Shown piece by piece: positions 31,544 to 32,000 of a stretch of 32,000 nucleotides of DNA. This stretch comes from Mycobacterium leprae TN (GTDB lineage: Bacteria > Actinomycetota > Actinomycetes > Mycobacteriales > Mycobacteriaceae), in the NCBI RefSeq assembly GCF_000195855.1, contig NC_002677.1, positions 2,580,001 through 2,612,000 on the forward strand, given 5' to 3'. Position numbers and translations under genes: made by a program. The notes under the pieces are model-generated. The model searched no databases, was not told the DNA's origin, and was given only the letters and a program-made list of their open reading frames with translations. Numbering within the stretch: the first letter of the stretch is position 1; the number at the start of each line of letters is the position of its first letter.

Positions 31544-32000
31544 GTGACGATCAATAACACCACCACCGGAGTAGAGGTCGTCGATGTTCGCGGACCACGA
31601 TTTGCTGCATGGGTTACGGCCGCAGTTCTGCAGACCGTCCTGATCATTTCGGTGGTCAGTCCGCTGGCGGCCGCGTTACTGTTGGTCCTGCAGGCCGTAG
31701 TTTTTGCCACGGGCACTCTCGGCGGCCCGCGCCGGCACCCATACGGACGGGTGTTCGCCGCCCTCGTGGCGCCTCGGCTGGGTCCGGTGAAAGAGCGCGA
31801 ACCGGTGCCACCGTTAAAGTTCGCCCAACTGCTCGGCTTCGTCTTCGTGGTTTGCGGTGTTACCGGATTCGCCGCCGGCGCTTTCTTGGTGGGAGTCATC
31901 GCTACGGCAGCTGCATTAGTGGCCGCTTTCCTCAACGCAGCGTTCGGCATCTGTCTGGGCTGTCAGCTCTACCCGGTTGTGGTGTGGTTTCGACGCACTG
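31544..32000 (+). CDS. DUF4395-family small membrane protein (3' end beyond window)
   Basis: This ORF is not in the track because no stop is reached. My own translation from GTG 31544 (AGGAG at 31532-31536) reads VTINNTTTGVEVVDVRGPRFAAWVTAAVLQTVLI...PPLKFAQLLGFVFVVCGVTGF...AAFLNAAFGICLGCQLYPVV. The VD.RGPRF.A and FLNAAFG.CLGC.Y wording is what I recall for DUF4395. The 254-aa ORF on the opposite strand (31186-31950) is its shadow. Confidence 0.8.
   Translation, partial: MTINNTTTGVEVVDVRGPRFAAWVTAAVLQTVLIISVVSPLAAALLLVLQAVVFATGTLGGPRRHPYGRVFAALVAPRLGPVKEREPVPPLKFAQLLGFVFVVCGVTGFAAGAFLVGVIATAAALVAAFLNAAFGICLGCQLYPVVVWFRRT

Noticed and set aside
31186-31950. 254-aa ORF on the minus strand, the longest unexplained ORF in the track
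   Set aside because: It lies antisense to the thioredoxin-like and DUF4395 genes. The product is Ala/Pro/Arg/Thr-rich with no motif, which is typical of a shadow ORF in G+C-rich coding DNA. The plus-strand genes carry recognisable family signatures.

Overview
This looks like a mycobacterial chromosome segment in advanced reductive decay, most likely Mycobacterium leprae or a very close relative. Gene order is colinear but inverted relative to what I recall as M. tuberculosis Rv0846c to Rv0815c. The window also carries a (GTA)9 and an (AT)17 microsatellite that I remember as M. leprae VNTR typing loci.

About a dozen genes look intact:
- cdd
- a eukaryotic-type uridine phosphorylase
- desA1
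- dus
- phoU/phoY2
- pstB (phoT)
- pstS
- mshD
- an Rv0817c/LmeA-like exported protein
- a thioredoxin-like ThiX
- a DUF4395 membrane protein that runs off the 3' end
- four tRNAs (Phe, Asp, Glu on minus; Lys on plus)

Between them I can read at least 18 pseudogenes by eye:
- amidohydrolase
- multicopper oxidase
- GMC oxidoreductase
- MFS pump
- a DUF433/PIN-like toxin-antitoxin pair
- ECF sigma factor
- tyrosine integrase
- SAM methyltransferase
- ArsR-type and TetR-type regulators
- a possible deacetylase
- LCP ligase
- pstA and pstC
- glnR

I found no rRNA, CRISPR array, intact IS element or recognisable defence system, and nothing I can defend as a wholly new system.

The items most worth a second look are:
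1. The intact eukaryote-like uridine phosphorylase next to cdd, inside a lineage-specific block.
2. An AT-rich block (hand counts 35-45% G+C), ending in an integrase pseudogene, that abuts the 3' end of tRNA-Phe.
3. A half-dead pstSCAB operon in which pstS and pstB are alive and pstC and pstA are dead.
4. A dead glnR whose stop codon still overlaps the start of the live mshD.
5. A perfect 36-bp palindrome inside a decayed methyltransferase gene.
6. An 11-bp tandem duplication whose removal restores the multicopper oxidase reading frame.

All homology calls are by eye and from memory, with no searches run. Pseudogene boundaries are approximate, roughly +/-50 nt or more.
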